From Candidatus Latescibacterota bacterium (lineage in GTDB: Bacteria > Latescibacterota > UBA2968 > UBA8231), in the NCBI GenBank assembly GCA_965197905.1, contig CBDAOB010000005.1, positions 2,528,001 to 2,592,000 on the forward strand: DNA of 64,000 bases. Reading direction: 5' to 3'. The notes under the pieces were generated by a model. That model worked only from the letters and a program-made list of their open reading frames with translations, was not told the DNA's origin and made no database searches. Position numbers and translations under genes: made by a program. Shown one piece after another: positions 35,472 to 45,119 of this stretch. The stretch's first letter is position 1. Each line of letters begins with the position of its first letter.

Positions 35472-36419
35472 GTGATCCGATCGCTTAAAAGCATCCTCCT
35501 TCCGCTACTTTCCCTCACACTTCTTTTATATCGTCCGGCTTATGGCGCCTCGAGCTATGCCGGCGAATTCCTCGCGTTGGGAGCCGGTGCCCGGGCCGTT
35601 GCGTTGGGCGGTGCCTACACCGCCATTGTCGACGACGCCACGGCTGGCTACTGGAATTCCGCCGCGTTGGCCACGATCGGCGAACGCCAGGTTCACGCGA
35701 TGCACGCCCAGCGCTTTTCGGGCATGGTCGAACACAGCTTTCTGGCGCTGGCAGTTCCCTCGCGACGCCTCGACGGAATCGCCCTGAGCATCATGCGCGT
35801 TGGCGTTGGCAACATCAAGTTCACCGATCTGCCCAATCCGAATCGGCCTCCCGGGGAGAACAATCGTCCCCAGGTGAGCTCGGTAGAAACCAGCTCGGAC
35901 TATGCAGTGTATCTGTCGGGCGGCGAGCGCCTCAGCTCCCGACTGTCGCTTGGTGGAAGCGCCAAGCTGCTCTATCGGACAGTGGGCGGCTTCAACGCGT
36001 ACGGCGTGGGTTTAGATCTCGCATTGCGGTACGATCTGGCGAGAGGGCTCAGGCTGGCTCTGAATCTGCGTGACGCCACGACTACGCCCGTGTTCTGGAG
36101 CACCGATAAGTCCGACTCGATCCGGCCTTCGGTCGTCAGCGGACTGGCCTATGTGCGGCAGTTGGGACCAGGGACCGCAATCGCCTCCTTCGGATCGCGC
36201 ATGGGCGGAGATGCAACCGACGAATCCGGTGCCGACCCGCTAAATTTTGGGTTCGAGTACGTCCGCGGAAAGATTGCGCTTCGCACCGGGCTCGAAGAAG
36301 GCAGGCAGGCGTTCGGCTTGGGTCTGGTGCCACACGACCGCCTCGAGTTGGATCTGGCCTACCTGGACCATGATGAGCTCGAATCAACCTACCAGGTCTC
36401 CCTCGGATTCCGCTACTGA
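35472..36419 (+). CDS. PorV/PorQ (UPF0164)-family outer-membrane beta-barrel
   Basis: Signal peptide, FLALGAGARAVALGGAYTAIVDDATAGYWNSA motif, amphipathic strands, C-terminal VSLGFRY. Confidence 0.82.
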   Translation: MIRSLKSILLPLLSLTLLLYRPAYGASSYAGEFLALGAGARAVALGGAYTAIVDDATAGYWNSAALATIGERQVHAMHAQRFSGMVEHSFLALAVPSRRLDGIALSIMRVGVGNIKFTDLPNPNRPPGENNRPQVSSVETSSDYAVYLSGGERLSSRLSLGGSAKLLYRTVGGFNAYGVGLDLALRYDLARGLRLALNLRDATTTPVFWSTDKSDSIRPSVVSGLAYVRQLGPGTAIASFGSRMGGDATDESGADPLNFGFEYVRGKIALRTGLEEGRQAFGLGLVPHDRLELDLAYLDHDELESTYQVSLGFRY

Positions 36420-37317
36420 GTCGGCGCTGAACGCGGATTCTGCCTTTCGCTGCGGCTACGTCGCTCTAGTTGGTCGGCCCAACGCCGGCAAATCCACGCT
36501 CTTCAACGCGCTGGTTGGACAACGGCTCTCGATCGTAACCGCCAAACCTCAAACGACCCGGGGCCGGCTCCTGGGAATTTTGACGTTGGCCGAATGCCAG
36601 TTGATTTTTCTCGACACCCCCGGCATTCTCGAGGCCCAATACGCCCTTCATGAACACATGAAGCAGCAGATCTCCTCAGCCGCCAAAGAGGCCGATCTTA
36701 TTCTACTCCTGTTCGATGCCACTCGACCTCTCGACCGTCCCGAGCTTGTAGCGGAACTGCTTCAGAACGCCGGGGCTCCCGTACTTTCGCTGCTAAACAA
36801 GACGGATCTCGTCAGCGTTGAAGAACGTGATCGGATCGTCGAGAAGGTGTCGCGCGAATTCGAACTCGAGCGGATCCTATGCATCTCCGCATTGACCGGA
36901 GAAAACGTAGAGACATTGATCAAAGACATTTCAGGTGTGCTGCCGGTAGGCCCCAAGCTCTACCCCGATGAGACGATTGCGGAACAACCCGAGCGGTTCT
37001 TTGCTGCCGAGATCATTCGGGAAGCGGCTTTCAATGAGCTCGACGACGAACTCCCGTACGCGGTCAACGTAGCGATTGAGGAGTTCTCCGAACGCAATAC
37101 CAAAACCTACATCCACTCCATCCTGTACGTGGAACGCGAAAGCCAGAGGGGCATCGTCATCGGCAAGAAGGGCGTTAAGCTGCGCGAGATTGGTCGCCAA
37201 GCGCGGCTGCGTCTGGAAGATTTTCTGCAGCATCCCGTCTATCTCGATCTCTGGGTACGCGTCCGTCCTAAATGGCGCAGCAGGAACCGTGACCTGAAGG
37301 AATTCGGGTACCGTTGA
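36373..37317 (+). CDS. era: GTPase Era (start uncertain: ATG at 36370/36373 or CTG at 36427)
   Basis: GRPNAGKSTL, KPQTTR, DTPG, NKTD, KH domain GIVIGKKG. Confidence 0.95.
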   Translation: MSSNQPTRSPSDSATESALNADSAFRCGYVALVGRPNAGKSTLFNALVGQRLSIVTAKPQTTRGRLLGILTLAECQLIFLDTPGILEAQYALHEHMKQQISSAAKEADLILLLFDATRPLDRPELVAELLQNAGAPVLSLLNKTDLVSVEERDRIVEKVSREFELERILCISALTGENVETLIKDISGVLPVGPKLYPDETIAEQPERFFAAEIIREAAFNELDDELPYAVNVAIEEFSERNTKTYIHSILYVERESQRGIVIGKKGVKLREIGRQARLRLEDFLQHPVYLDLWVRVRPKWRSRNRDLKEFGYR

Positions 37318-37339
37318 CCTTCACGCGGGTTTGCGTCCG

Positions 37340-38089
37340 ATGAATCCGGAGAATCCACTCTTTGCCAGCCGCACTGCCCTCGTCACGGGGGGCTCCCGCG
37401 GTATCGGCAAAGCGGTGTGTCTCATGTTGGCCGCAAACGGTGCCAGGGTGGCAATCAACTACCGAGAGAACGAAGTAGCTGCCCAAGAAGTGCTGACCAG
37501 CGTGCGCAGTCACCTGGTCGACGGCATGATCGCGCAAGCTGATGTGGCAGTGCCGGAAGATGTGGAACACATGGTCCGGCGAGTTGAAGGAGAGTTGGGC
37601 GACGTCGATCTCTTGGTCAACAACGCTGGTATATCTTCTAGCGTCTCGCACCACGACCTGGACTTCGCCACCTGGAAGCGGAATTTTGCCGTCAACATAG
37701 ACGGTCCATTCCTGACCACGTGGGCGGTCAAGGATGCCATGATACGCCGCAAATTTGGCCGCATCGTCAATGTTTCGTCGCTCGCTTCGTTTGTTTTCAA
37801 GAAGGAGATGATCCACTACGCCACTGCCAAAGCCGCCGTGATTGCGTTTACCCGGCACTGTTCTCAAGCTCTGGCGCCCCATGTTCGGGTAAACTGCGTT
37901 GCCCCCGGGTTAACGCGAACCGAATTGGCGGAGTCGTCCAATCCCAATGTTGAAGACCTGATCGACGCGACGCCACTGGGCAGGATGGCCGAACCGGAAG
38001 AGATCGCCGGCGTCGTGAGGTTTCTGCTGTCGGAAGAATCCAGTTTCGTAACTGGTCAGACCGTGCTGGCCTGCGGCGGACGCGCCTGA
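37340..38089 (+). CDS. SDR family oxidoreductase (FabG-like)
   Basis: TGGSRGIG, NNAG, YATAK, VNCVAPG. Confidence 0.9.
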   Translation: MNPENPLFASRTALVTGGSRGIGKAVCLMLAANGARVAINYRENEVAAQEVLTSVRSHLVDGMIAQADVAVPEDVEHMVRRVEGELGDVDLLVNNAGISSSVSHHDLDFATWKRNFAVNIDGPFLTTWAVKDAMIRRKFGRIVNVSSLASFVFKKEMIHYATAKAAVIAFTRHCSQALAPHVRVNCVAPGLTRTELAESSNPNVEDLIDATPLGRMAEPEEIAGVVRFLLSEESSFVTGQTVLACGGRA

Positions 38090-38101
38090 AAGGACTGTTC
38101 G

Positions 38102-39415
38102 ATGAAAGTGCTGGTGGTTGGAAAAGGGGGCCGCGAGCATGCCCTCACGTGGAAGATTTCACAAAGCCCACGGGTCACGAAGATGTTCGCCGCCCCCGGA
38201 AGTCCGGGCATCGGACAGTTTGCTGAATGCCTGGATTTTCGCGTTGACACCACAATCAACGAGCTGGAGAAGCTGAGGTCGGAAATCAACCGACTTCGCG
38301 ACTTCGCCATCGAGGAGAGGATTGACCTGACGGTGGTCGGTCCCGAGGACGCCCTCACGGCCGGCATCGTCGACCGTTTTCAAGAGAAAGGACTCACGAT
38401 TTTCGGTCCCACTGCGGCTGCCGCGCGCATCGAAAGCAGCAAGTCGTTCTCCAAGGAGCTCATGGTTCGCATCGGAGTTCCCACCGCTTCTCATCAGACC
38501 TTTGCCGACATCGCCGCCGCTCTTGCTTATGTGCGAAATCACGAGATCCCGGTGGTAATCAAGGCGAGCGGCCTCGCCAGTGGTAAGGGTGCAGTGGTCG
38601 CCCGATCGCTGGAGGAAGCGGAGGCGACCATCAGGGAGATGATGGACGGGAGCAAGTTCGGTGCAGCGGGCAACGAGGTAGTTATCGAAGAATACATGGA
38701 CGGTGAAGAAGCATCCATGTTCGCCATTGCCGACGGGAGAGACTTTGTAAGTCTCGTACCCGCCCAGGACCACAAAGCCATTTTTGAGGGTGACCTTGGG
38801 CCAAATACCGGAGGCATGGGGGCGTATGCGCCCGCCCCGATTGCGGATCGAGCGGCCGTCGAAGAGGTCGAGGTTTCGATTATTCGCCCTGTCCTGGATG
38901 AGCTAGCCCGTCTGGGATCACCGTTTTGCGGTGTGCTGTTTTGCGGATTGATGTTCACGGAAAAAGGGATCAAGGTGGTGGAGTTCAATTGTCGGTTCGG
39001 CGATCCGGAAGCACAGGTCGTCCTGCCGCTGTTGCAGACCGACCTAGTCGATCTGATGGAAGCAGCATGTGACGGAAAAATCGGCAGCGTGCGCGCCGAA
39101 AACTCGGACCGGGCGGCCGTCTGCGTTGTTCTCGCCTCAGGCGGCTACCCCGACACCTACTCGACGGGCTTGGAGATCCGCGGAGTGGACGCCGTCGAAG
39201 GGGTGCCCGACGTGTTTCTCTTTCACGCCGGCACCAAAATGGAGAACGGCCATCTGTTGACGGGCGGCGGCCGGGTCTTGGGGGTCACCGCCGTGGATAG
39301 AACCATCGAAACGGCGGTTGGCCAGGCCTACAAGCAGGTGGACAAGCTCGATTTTGACGGTGTCTACTGCCGACGAGATATCGCCTACAGAGCGCTTCGC
39401 AACCCTTCCGCGTGA
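38102..39415 (+). CDS. purD: phosphoribosylamine--glycine ligase
   Basis: GKGGREHAL, VVGPE, KASGLASGKG, QDHK, GPNTGGMGAY, EFNCRFGDPE, GGRVL. Confidence 0.98.
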   Translation: MKVLVVGKGGREHALTWKISQSPRVTKMFAAPGSPGIGQFAECLDFRVDTTINELEKLRSEINRLRDFAIEERIDLTVVGPEDALTAGIVDRFQEKGLTIFGPTAAAARIESSKSFSKELMVRIGVPTASHQTFADIAAALAYVRNHEIPVVIKASGLASGKGAVVARSLEEAEATIREMMDGSKFGAAGNEVVIEEYMDGEEASMFAIADGRDFVSLVPAQDHKAIFEGDLGPNTGGMGAYAPAPIADRAAVEEVEVSIIRPVLDELARLGSPFCGVLFCGLMFTEKGIKVVEFNCRFGDPEAQVVLPLLQTDLVDLMEAACDGKIGSVRAENSDRAAVCVVLASGGYPDTYSTGLEIRGVDAVEGVPDVFLFHAGTKMENGHLLTGGGRVLGVTAVDRTIETAVGQAYKQVDKLDFDGVYCRRDIAYRALRNPSA

Positions 39416-39417
39416 GC

Positions 39418-39451
39418 AAAAAAAGAGCGCCCCACATAGAGTGGAGCGCTC
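39418..39451 (-). terminator. Rho-independent terminator of the Q/A/E/R-rich gene
   Basis: Minus strand GAGCGCTCCAC-tctat-GTGGGGCGCTC (one G.U pair) followed by T7. Confidence 0.85.
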
Positions 39452-39477
39452 GAACCTTCTGCTATGATCGGCTAAAT

Positions 39478-39765
39478 TCAGGCCACCTCGTTGATCACGC
39501 GGCCCTGACCCCGCTCTTCCTCCACCTCCAAGCGCTGATCCTGCTGGTTATCCTGGCTGTTTTGCGCCGCCTGGGTTTCCCGCTGTTGCTCTGCCTGAGC
39601 GGCTCGTTCCGCACGGGCCATCTCCTGGCTCTCCGCGCGTTGGGCATCGCGGCTCGCTTGCTGCTCTGCCCGCCGCTCGGCCTGTGCTTCCCGTTGCTCG
39701 TCGGTCCGATTGGCCTGCGTTTGGGCGGCCGCAGGCTGTTGATTTGCTCCTGTTACTTCTGACAT
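39478..39765 (-). CDS. small low-complexity Q/A/E/R-rich protein (95 aa)
   Basis: Strong AAGGAGGTGA RBS, own promoter and terminator; ends GQGRVINEVA. Confidence 0.75.
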   Translation of the reverse strand: MSEVTGANQQPAAAQTQANRTDEQREAQAERRAEQQASRDAQRAESQEMARAERAAQAEQQRETQAAQNSQDNQQDQRLEVEEERGQGRVINEVA

Positions 39766-39812
39766 CTTCACCTCCTTGGGGGTCTTCTGGGGGCTTCCTT
39801 GCACCGTTGGTG

Positions 39813-39841
39813 AATATGACATTTCGCCTGCCGAAAGTCAA
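39813..39841 (-). promoter_or_regulatory. sigma70-type promoter for the Q-rich gene
   Basis: Minus strand TTGACT-17 bp-CATATT. Confidence 0.55.
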
Positions 39842-39880
39842 GAATGGTTGTGAGACGCAACGAGTTACGATTCACATCAA

Positions 39881-39909
39881 TTGACGCCTACCAAACACCC
39901 GGATATATT
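39881..39909 (+). promoter_or_regulatory. sigma70-type promoter for folB-folK-GH113
   Basis: TTGACG-17 bp-TATATT. Confidence 0.72.
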
Positions 39910-39941
39910 GACGGCGCCAAAAATGAGGGTATACAAGAGCT

Positions 39942-40301
39942 TTGGATACGCTGACACTGAAGAACATGCGGTTTTTCGCCCGCCACGGTCTCTACCCGGA
40001 AGAGAGGGAGCTGGGTCAACGATTTGAGGTCGATCTGGTGGTATCGGGCGACTTCTCGGACGGGGCTCGCTCTGATGATCCTCGGAAGCTGGTTGACTAT
40101 ACCCGCCTGTATGATGCCGTCAGCCAGGTAGTCACCGAGCAGAGTTTCAACCTGGTGGAAGCACTTGCCGAACAGATCGCGAGCTCGGTCGGCAGCCTGT
40201 TCGCCCCCATCGATCTGACCCTCCGGGTCCGCAAACCCGACCCTCCTCTCGACGCGCATTTCGATGGCATCGAGGTGGAGATCCAACGCTCGTATGTGTG
40301 A
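39942..40301 (+). CDS. folB: dihydroneopterin aldolase
   Basis: FFARHGLYPEERELGQRFEVDL, VDY, NLVEALAE, VRKP. Confidence 0.95.
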   Translation: MDTLTLKNMRFFARHGLYPEERELGQRFEVDLVVSGDFSDGARSDDPRKLVDYTRLYDAVSQVVTEQSFNLVEALAEQIASSVGSLFAPIDLTLRVRKPDPPLDAHFDGIEVEIQRSYV

Positions 40302-40797
40302 GGTTGTCTACCTAGGACTTGGTTCGAATTTGGGCGACCGGCTGAGCTACCTCGAGTCCGGTGCTCGGGCGCTAGCGGCTGACCTTGAAATCACCGTGCT
40401 AAAGAGCTCATCGGTGTACGAATCGTCGCCCGTAGGGTACTTGGATCAAGGAGATTTTCTCAACGCCGCTCTATGCCTGACCACGACTCGTACTACCCAG
40501 ACCCTGCTGAAGGCGATGACCGACATAGAAGATCGCTTTGGGAGGCAACGCACGATCCGCTGGGGACCAAGAACTCTCGACCTCGATCTTCTTTTGTTTG
40601 GGAATTTTATCGTGGACAGTCCTCAGCTACAGCTCCCCCATCCCCGTTTAACCGAACGGTGTTTTGCACTGGAGCCCCTGCTGGAGCTTGACCCCGAACT
40701 GGTGCATCCGCAAACCGGTCGTGCCCTTGCACACTATAGCCTGGAACTGAACTGTAGCGGGCCCGCGCACACCCACGGGGGTCTCGAGTTTCGGTGA
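40294..40797 (+). CDS. folK: 6-hydroxymethyl-7,8-dihydropterin pyrophosphokinase
   Basis: YLGLGSNLGDR, FLNA, WGPRTLDLDLL, LPHPRL. Confidence 0.96.
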   Translation: MCEVVYLGLGSNLGDRLSYLESGARALAADLEITVLKSSSVYESSPVGYLDQGDFLNAALCLTTTRTTQTLLKAMTDIEDRFGRQRTIRWGPRTLDLDLLLFGNFIVDSPQLQLPHPRLTERCFALEPLLELDPELVHPQTGRALAHYSLELNCSGPAHTHGGLEFR

Positions 40798-41837
40798 TCA
40801 AAGGCTCGAAGCTCGTTCCGCTACTCCTGATTCTTGGCATCGCCTGCGATGGGAGGCAGACTCCGGTTGCGCCGGACCTAGAGTCCGCGGACCGACACCG
40901 GGGCGTGAACCTGGTCGCCGGCCGCACCCTGCCCGCGGACACCTTCGATCACATCCTGGACACCAACGTGGATTGGATCGCCCAGACCCCTTTCGGGTGG
41001 CAGCCCCGTTTCGACGTTCCTCAGATCAAGATACGCCCCACCGGCGTCCGTTGGGGCGAAACCGACGAAGGTCTGCGGGAAACCGCGCGACGCGCTCGCA
41101 TTCACGGCATCAAGACCATGTTGAAACCCCATATCTGGTTGGAGCAGGAGGTCGAGGGTGAATGGCGCGGCACCATTCGATTCGAGCGGGAGGAGGATTG
41201 GCTCCAGTGGGAAGAGGACTATCGAAGGTTCGCCCTGCACTACGCGCGCCTGGCAGCCGAAACCGGCATGGAGATGTTCTGCATCGGAATCGAGCTGCAC
41301 CTGTCCATACGTCAGCGTCCCCTGTTTTGGCGCCGGCTCATCGACGAGGTGAGGGAGGTCTACTCGGGCTCACTGACCTACGGAGCGAACTGGTTTCAAG
41401 AGTATCAGGAGGTCGGTTTTTGGGACCAGCTCGACTATATCGGAATCCACGCCTACTTCCCGCTGACGCAGCAGCTGAATGCCAACATTGCTGACCTTGA
41501 ACGAGGATGGCAACCGCATCTGCGCTCCATCGAGACGATGCAGCGAGAGTGGGACCGGCCGGTGCTTTTTACCGAGATCGGTTATAGAAGCATTGCGGGA
41601 GCCGCCATCGAACCGTGGAATTCAACCGTACGCCGCAGCATCGATCTGCAGGAACAGGTGGAGGCCTACGAGGCTTTGTTCGAGACCTTCTGGGATCAGC
41701 CGTGGTTCGCCGGACTCTACGTGTGGGATTGGCGCCCGGACCATAGCAGCGCCGGTGGCAGCACCGACGACCATTTCTCGCCGCAAAACAAACCCGCCGA
41801 GGATGTCCTGCGGACGTGGTTCGGTTTTGTTCTCTAG
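40794..41837 (+). CDS. lipoprotein glycoside hydrolase, GH113-like TIM barrel
   Basis: Lipobox GIAC; MLKPHIW, FCIGIEL (acid/base Glu), LTYGANW, DYIGIHAYFPL, FTEIGYRS (nucleophile Glu), PQNKPAE. Confidence 0.8.
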   Translation: MIKGSKLVPLLLILGIACDGRQTPVAPDLESADRHRGVNLVAGRTLPADTFDHILDTNVDWIAQTPFGWQPRFDVPQIKIRPTGVRWGETDEGLRETARRARIHGIKTMLKPHIWLEQEVEGEWRGTIRFEREEDWLQWEEDYRRFALHYARLAAETGMEMFCIGIELHLSIRQRPLFWRRLIDEVREVYSGSLTYGANWFQEYQEVGFWDQLDYIGIHAYFPLTQQLNANIADLERGWQPHLRSIETMQREWDRPVLFTEIGYRSIAGAAIEPWNSTVRRSIDLQEQVEAYEALFETFWDQPWFAGLYVWDWRPDHSSAGGSTDDHFSPQNKPAEDVLRTWFGFVL

Positions 41838-41915
41838 CAGCTCGTGGCAAAAAGCCATTCGGGCTGCGGCCGGCTCTTGTAGCCGCACGATGGTGTTCGG
41901 CGGGTGACTGGTCGA

Positions 41916-43538
41916 TTACCGCACAAGCGTCAGCGATCGAAAGCTCGAGATCGACCCGGCCTGCAGCTTTGCGAGGTATCGCCCACTGGCAACCTGGCGC
42001 CCCTGATCATCGGTGCCGTCCCAGGTGAGCCGGTGGGCACCGCTCGGGAGAAGTCCAAGATGAAAGGTGCGAACCGGGTTGCCCAGCGCGCCATAGAGCC
42101 GGAGCACCGCGTCGGCGCTTGCCACCTCCAGATGCAAAGGTATTACGACCTGGCTGTTGAATGGGTTTGGGTACGGTAGGGATAGTCCTGCCTCGGCATC
42201 CTCCACCGCTTCTGCTGTAGCCACTGCTGTGATCGGGTCGAACTTGCGGGCGGAGATCTCGAAATCTCTTCCCTGGACCGAGGTCCTTCCCACGACCACA
42301 ACCAGGCTGTCGGCGTTTTCAACCCGTGCGAAACCGCGACTGTCGCGGTCGAGCTCCATGTTCCGCAGATCGCCACTTCCGTTGCTCATGACATAAAGCT
42401 GCACGACGTAGCGACCGTTAGGGTCTCCGAAGAACTCGATCTCGGTGGTACCGCTGTCGCGAAAAATGACATAGGTTGTTCCCCACTGTTGGTCCACTTC
42501 GCCATCAACTCGCTCGAACGGAAGGCCAGGTGTCACGAGGGGCGTCGCCCGGCGTTCGCCGATGGCGTCGTAGCCGTAGCGGACATCAGCTGCCGCGTAG
42601 TTCGCGGCGGACCATCCTGCCCACGTAGCACGGAAGTCCTGCTGAAATGGAGCTAGCGCAGCGTCGACGCCCTCGATGCCGTTACGAGGCTCCCTCACTA
42701 GGTCGCCCATCAAACCGATGCCGAAGCGTTCGGCAAGGAACGCAACGTAGAGGAACGTGGATCCGTAGTTGTAGGACCGGTTTTGCCACCCGGTAACACC
42801 GATGCCTTGTCGGCGCAGGAAGTCTGGCACATTCGTTGAATCGATTTCTGGATAGCCCGAGAGCAGCTCCGCGTAACCGGAAAGCCCTTCGTTGAGCCAG
42901 ATCTCTTCGTCTCCGTCGTGGCCCCAATGAATGAGATGCTGAAACTCGTGCGCCAACGTTCCCCCAGCGGCGTACTGATTTGCCAGGAGGACGGCTGAGT
43001 TCATGAAGATCATATCGCGCCGAAGCTCCGGGTCGGGATCGGTGGCGATGCCGGGATCGAAGAACCCCAGAAGGTCGGGCTCCAGCCGGAGAACTAGGAT
43101 AAAGATCCTAGGGTCCTCGTCGACGTCGGGAGGAATGCCGAAGGCGGCGGTTTCCAGCTCGAACAAACCCCGGGTCGGATCTGCTGGCGACGCAACCTCG
43201 AACAGGTCGCCGAGAAAATCGACATCGAGCTGTAGAACCGGGCCGCCGTTGTCATCCCACTGTGCATCCTCCACAAAGACGTAGCTGTCTGCGCCTACGA
43301 ATCGACAGGTAGCGGGCAGGAGAGCAAACCGCCCGCGGACGTGGAATTCCCGCTGGGACCCCACCTTGATTACATCTTCGGGCTGTTCGGAATGGTGGAT
43401 CTTGAAGCTGGGCAGGCGAAATTCGTCAGCGTGAAGGCGAAGATATTCGGCACCACAGATGCGTTCCCGAGCTGCCACTTCCGGGCATAGGGTGAAACCC
43501 AAAACCAGAAGCGCTGCCCCACGGCACGCGATGTTCAT
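41916..43538 (-). CDS. secreted zinc metallopeptidase (M30/hyicolysin-like gluzincin) with T9SS-type CTD
   Basis: Signal peptide; TLAHEFQHLIH and WLNEGLS; CTD YPNPFNS...WDGTDDQGRQVASGRY...LTLVR. Confidence 0.82.
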   Translation of the reverse strand: MNIACRGAALLVLGFTLCPEVAARERICGAEYLRLHADEFRLPSFKIHHSEQPEDVIKVGSQREFHVRGRFALLPATCRFVGADSYVFVEDAQWDDNGGPVLQLDVDFLGDLFEVASPADPTRGLFELETAAFGIPPDVDEDPRIFILVLRLEPDLLGFFDPGIATDPDPELRRDMIFMNSAVLLANQYAAGGTLAHEFQHLIHWGHDGDEEIWLNEGLSGYAELLSGYPEIDSTNVPDFLRRQGIGVTGWQNRSYNYGSTFLYVAFLAERFGIGLMGDLVREPRNGIEGVDAALAPFQQDFRATWAGWSAANYAAADVRYGYDAIGERRATPLVTPGLPFERVDGEVDQQWGTTYVIFRDSGTTEIEFFGDPNGRYVVQLYVMSNGSGDLRNMELDRDSRGFARVENADSLVVVVGRTSVQGRDFEISARKFDPITAVATAEAVEDAEAGLSLPYPNPFNSQVVIPLHLEVASADAVLRLYGALGNPVRTFHLGLLPSGAHRLTWDGTDDQGRQVASGRYLAKLQAGSISSFRSLTLVR

Positions 43539-44152
43539 CGGAAGGGTCTGGTCAGTAGAACGCCGAATCGGTCGGGTTGGGCAGCAACCCGCACATCCAG
43601 ACCATGCTCGTCGGAGCGTTCGGATCTGCCAGCGAAACGCGCCGCGTGAATCGCCGATACAAGGTGATTGACTACTACCAATCCGCTGAAGAGGAGCGAC
43701 TGACGTTCGGCGCTCTGGCTGGAATTTAGAAGCTTTTTGTATCTGTCGCGGGATGCCTCTGAATCCCACTCCCAGAAGAAGTCGGTCGTTTCGGGATACA
43801 GATCCGCGTTCAGACCGTCGTCGTAGCGGGCAAATTGATTGTGTTGCAGCCGGCTCGTATAAAATCCGAGGTCGTCGAAGTACTGACTGTCTTTTTTAAA
43901 GGTGTGCGCCTGCGCGTGTTGCGCCGCGTAGGAGCGGTAGTTGTCGACGCGCACATCCTCTACCTTCTTGAATGCGAAGAAACCGCCCCACAACCCCAAC
44001 TCAGCACCAAGGAATCGGCCGGCACTCTTGTCGTTGCCGGCAATGTGCTGACCCCAACCCGGAATCAGTAGCGAGTATAGAAACGCCCGTTTGGGCGACA
44101 CGGCCTGCGCCGCGACGGGCATCATCAGCGCGCATAATATCAGCAGACGCAT
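43535..44152 (-). CDS. hypothetical exported protein (DUF5683-like SP..A...S...PG.GQ family)
   Basis: Signal peptide, SPKRAFLYSLLIPGWGQ, NHLVSAIHAAR, C-terminal RPFR. Confidence 0.7.
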   Translation of the reverse strand: MRLLILCALMMPVAAQAVSPKRAFLYSLLIPGWGQHIAGNDKSAGRFLGAELGLWGGFFAFKKVEDVRVDNYRSYAAQHAQAHTFKKDSQYFDDLGFYTSRLQHNQFARYDDGLNADLYPETTDFFWEWDSEASRDRYKKLLNSSQSAERQSLLFSGLVVVNHLVSAIHAARFAGRSERSDEHGLDVRVAAQPDRFGVLLTRPFR

Positions 44153-44230
44153 CAAGTCGACCAACGAGCGGTCTGTCAGTTTCTGTTCTGGGTTCAAAAT
44201 GAGCTACAATGCGTGCAGAATGCTAGTAGA

Positions 44231-45097
44231 CTAGTAGAAAGGCTTGTATGCGATGACCATGGGTAGCCGGCTGCGGCTTCCCTGGTAGATGGTCGCGGCG
44301 AAACGAGTACGGCGTTCCAGATGGCTTGCTTGCTCTGAGCTACTCCGCATCCGCCCGAGGCGCGCTGCATCTATGGCACTGAAGATGTGATTCAGCATGA
44401 TCACCCCTGCGACGTTACTGGCCCGCTTCAAGAGTTTGTTGCTGTCATCCCGGCGGATCTCGTAGTCCAAACGCAGCTCAGAAGCGAAGTTTTCGACCGA
44501 GTCGATCTCGGATACGCTGCTGATCAGGTTGCCGTTCTGATCTCGAGGATCGCTCCATCCAGCGACAAACTGATCGTATTTTCCCAGAAGCTCATAATAC
44601 TGCTGCTTCTCACTGCACCCCCGCAGAGTGCCTGTAGACCGAATGGAGGTGCTGCAGGGCAGAGCATGGGTTATGGAGGAATTGCGGGAAACAGGATCGT
44701 CGCGCCAATCGAGGTACTCCAGTGGATCCCAGTTTTCATCGGCCGTCTCACGGAACTCATCTTCGATACTGTTGCCATCGCCGTTCCAGAACAGGTATAA
44801 CCCGACGGTGAGGGCTTCGATCCCCAGGAAGGTCGCCGCTCTCTTCTTGCTACCCATGTAATACTGCCCGGCACCCGGCACAAGCACCGAGAACAACAGG
44901 GCGCGCCGCGGCGATTTCCTACTCTGCTCTTCGGCGGGCGCCGCTTTGGATTCGGATCGATCTGAATCGAATGTGACCCCCTCCCGCAAAGACCACATCT
45001 GCAGAGGAACCAGGTTTTCGCCGAAGATGCTCGGCAATTCCTCTGCTTCCAATACCGGTACCGCTAGAAAAAGCGTTACCACAGCCGTCCAGCGCAT
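44231..45097 (-). CDS. hypothetical exported protein, paralog of 43535..44152
   Basis: Signal peptide, KSPRRALLFSVLVPGAGQYY, QQYYELLGKYDQFVAGW, NHIFSAIDAAR, C-terminal KPFY. Confidence 0.72.
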   Translation of the reverse strand: MRWTAVVTLFLAVPVLEAEELPSIFGENLVPLQMWSLREGVTFDSDRSESKAAPAEEQSRKSPRRALLFSVLVPGAGQYYMGSKKRAATFLGIEALTVGLYLFWNGDGNSIEDEFRETADENWDPLEYLDWRDDPVSRNSSITHALPCSTSIRSTGTLRGCSEKQQYYELLGKYDQFVAGWSDPRDQNGNLISSVSEIDSVENFASELRLDYEIRRDDSNKLLKRASNVAGVIMLNHIFSAIDAARLGRMRSSSEQASHLERRTRFAATIYQGSRSRLPMVIAYKPFY

Positions 45098-45119
45098 AAG
45101 GACTTCACCTCCATTAGGA

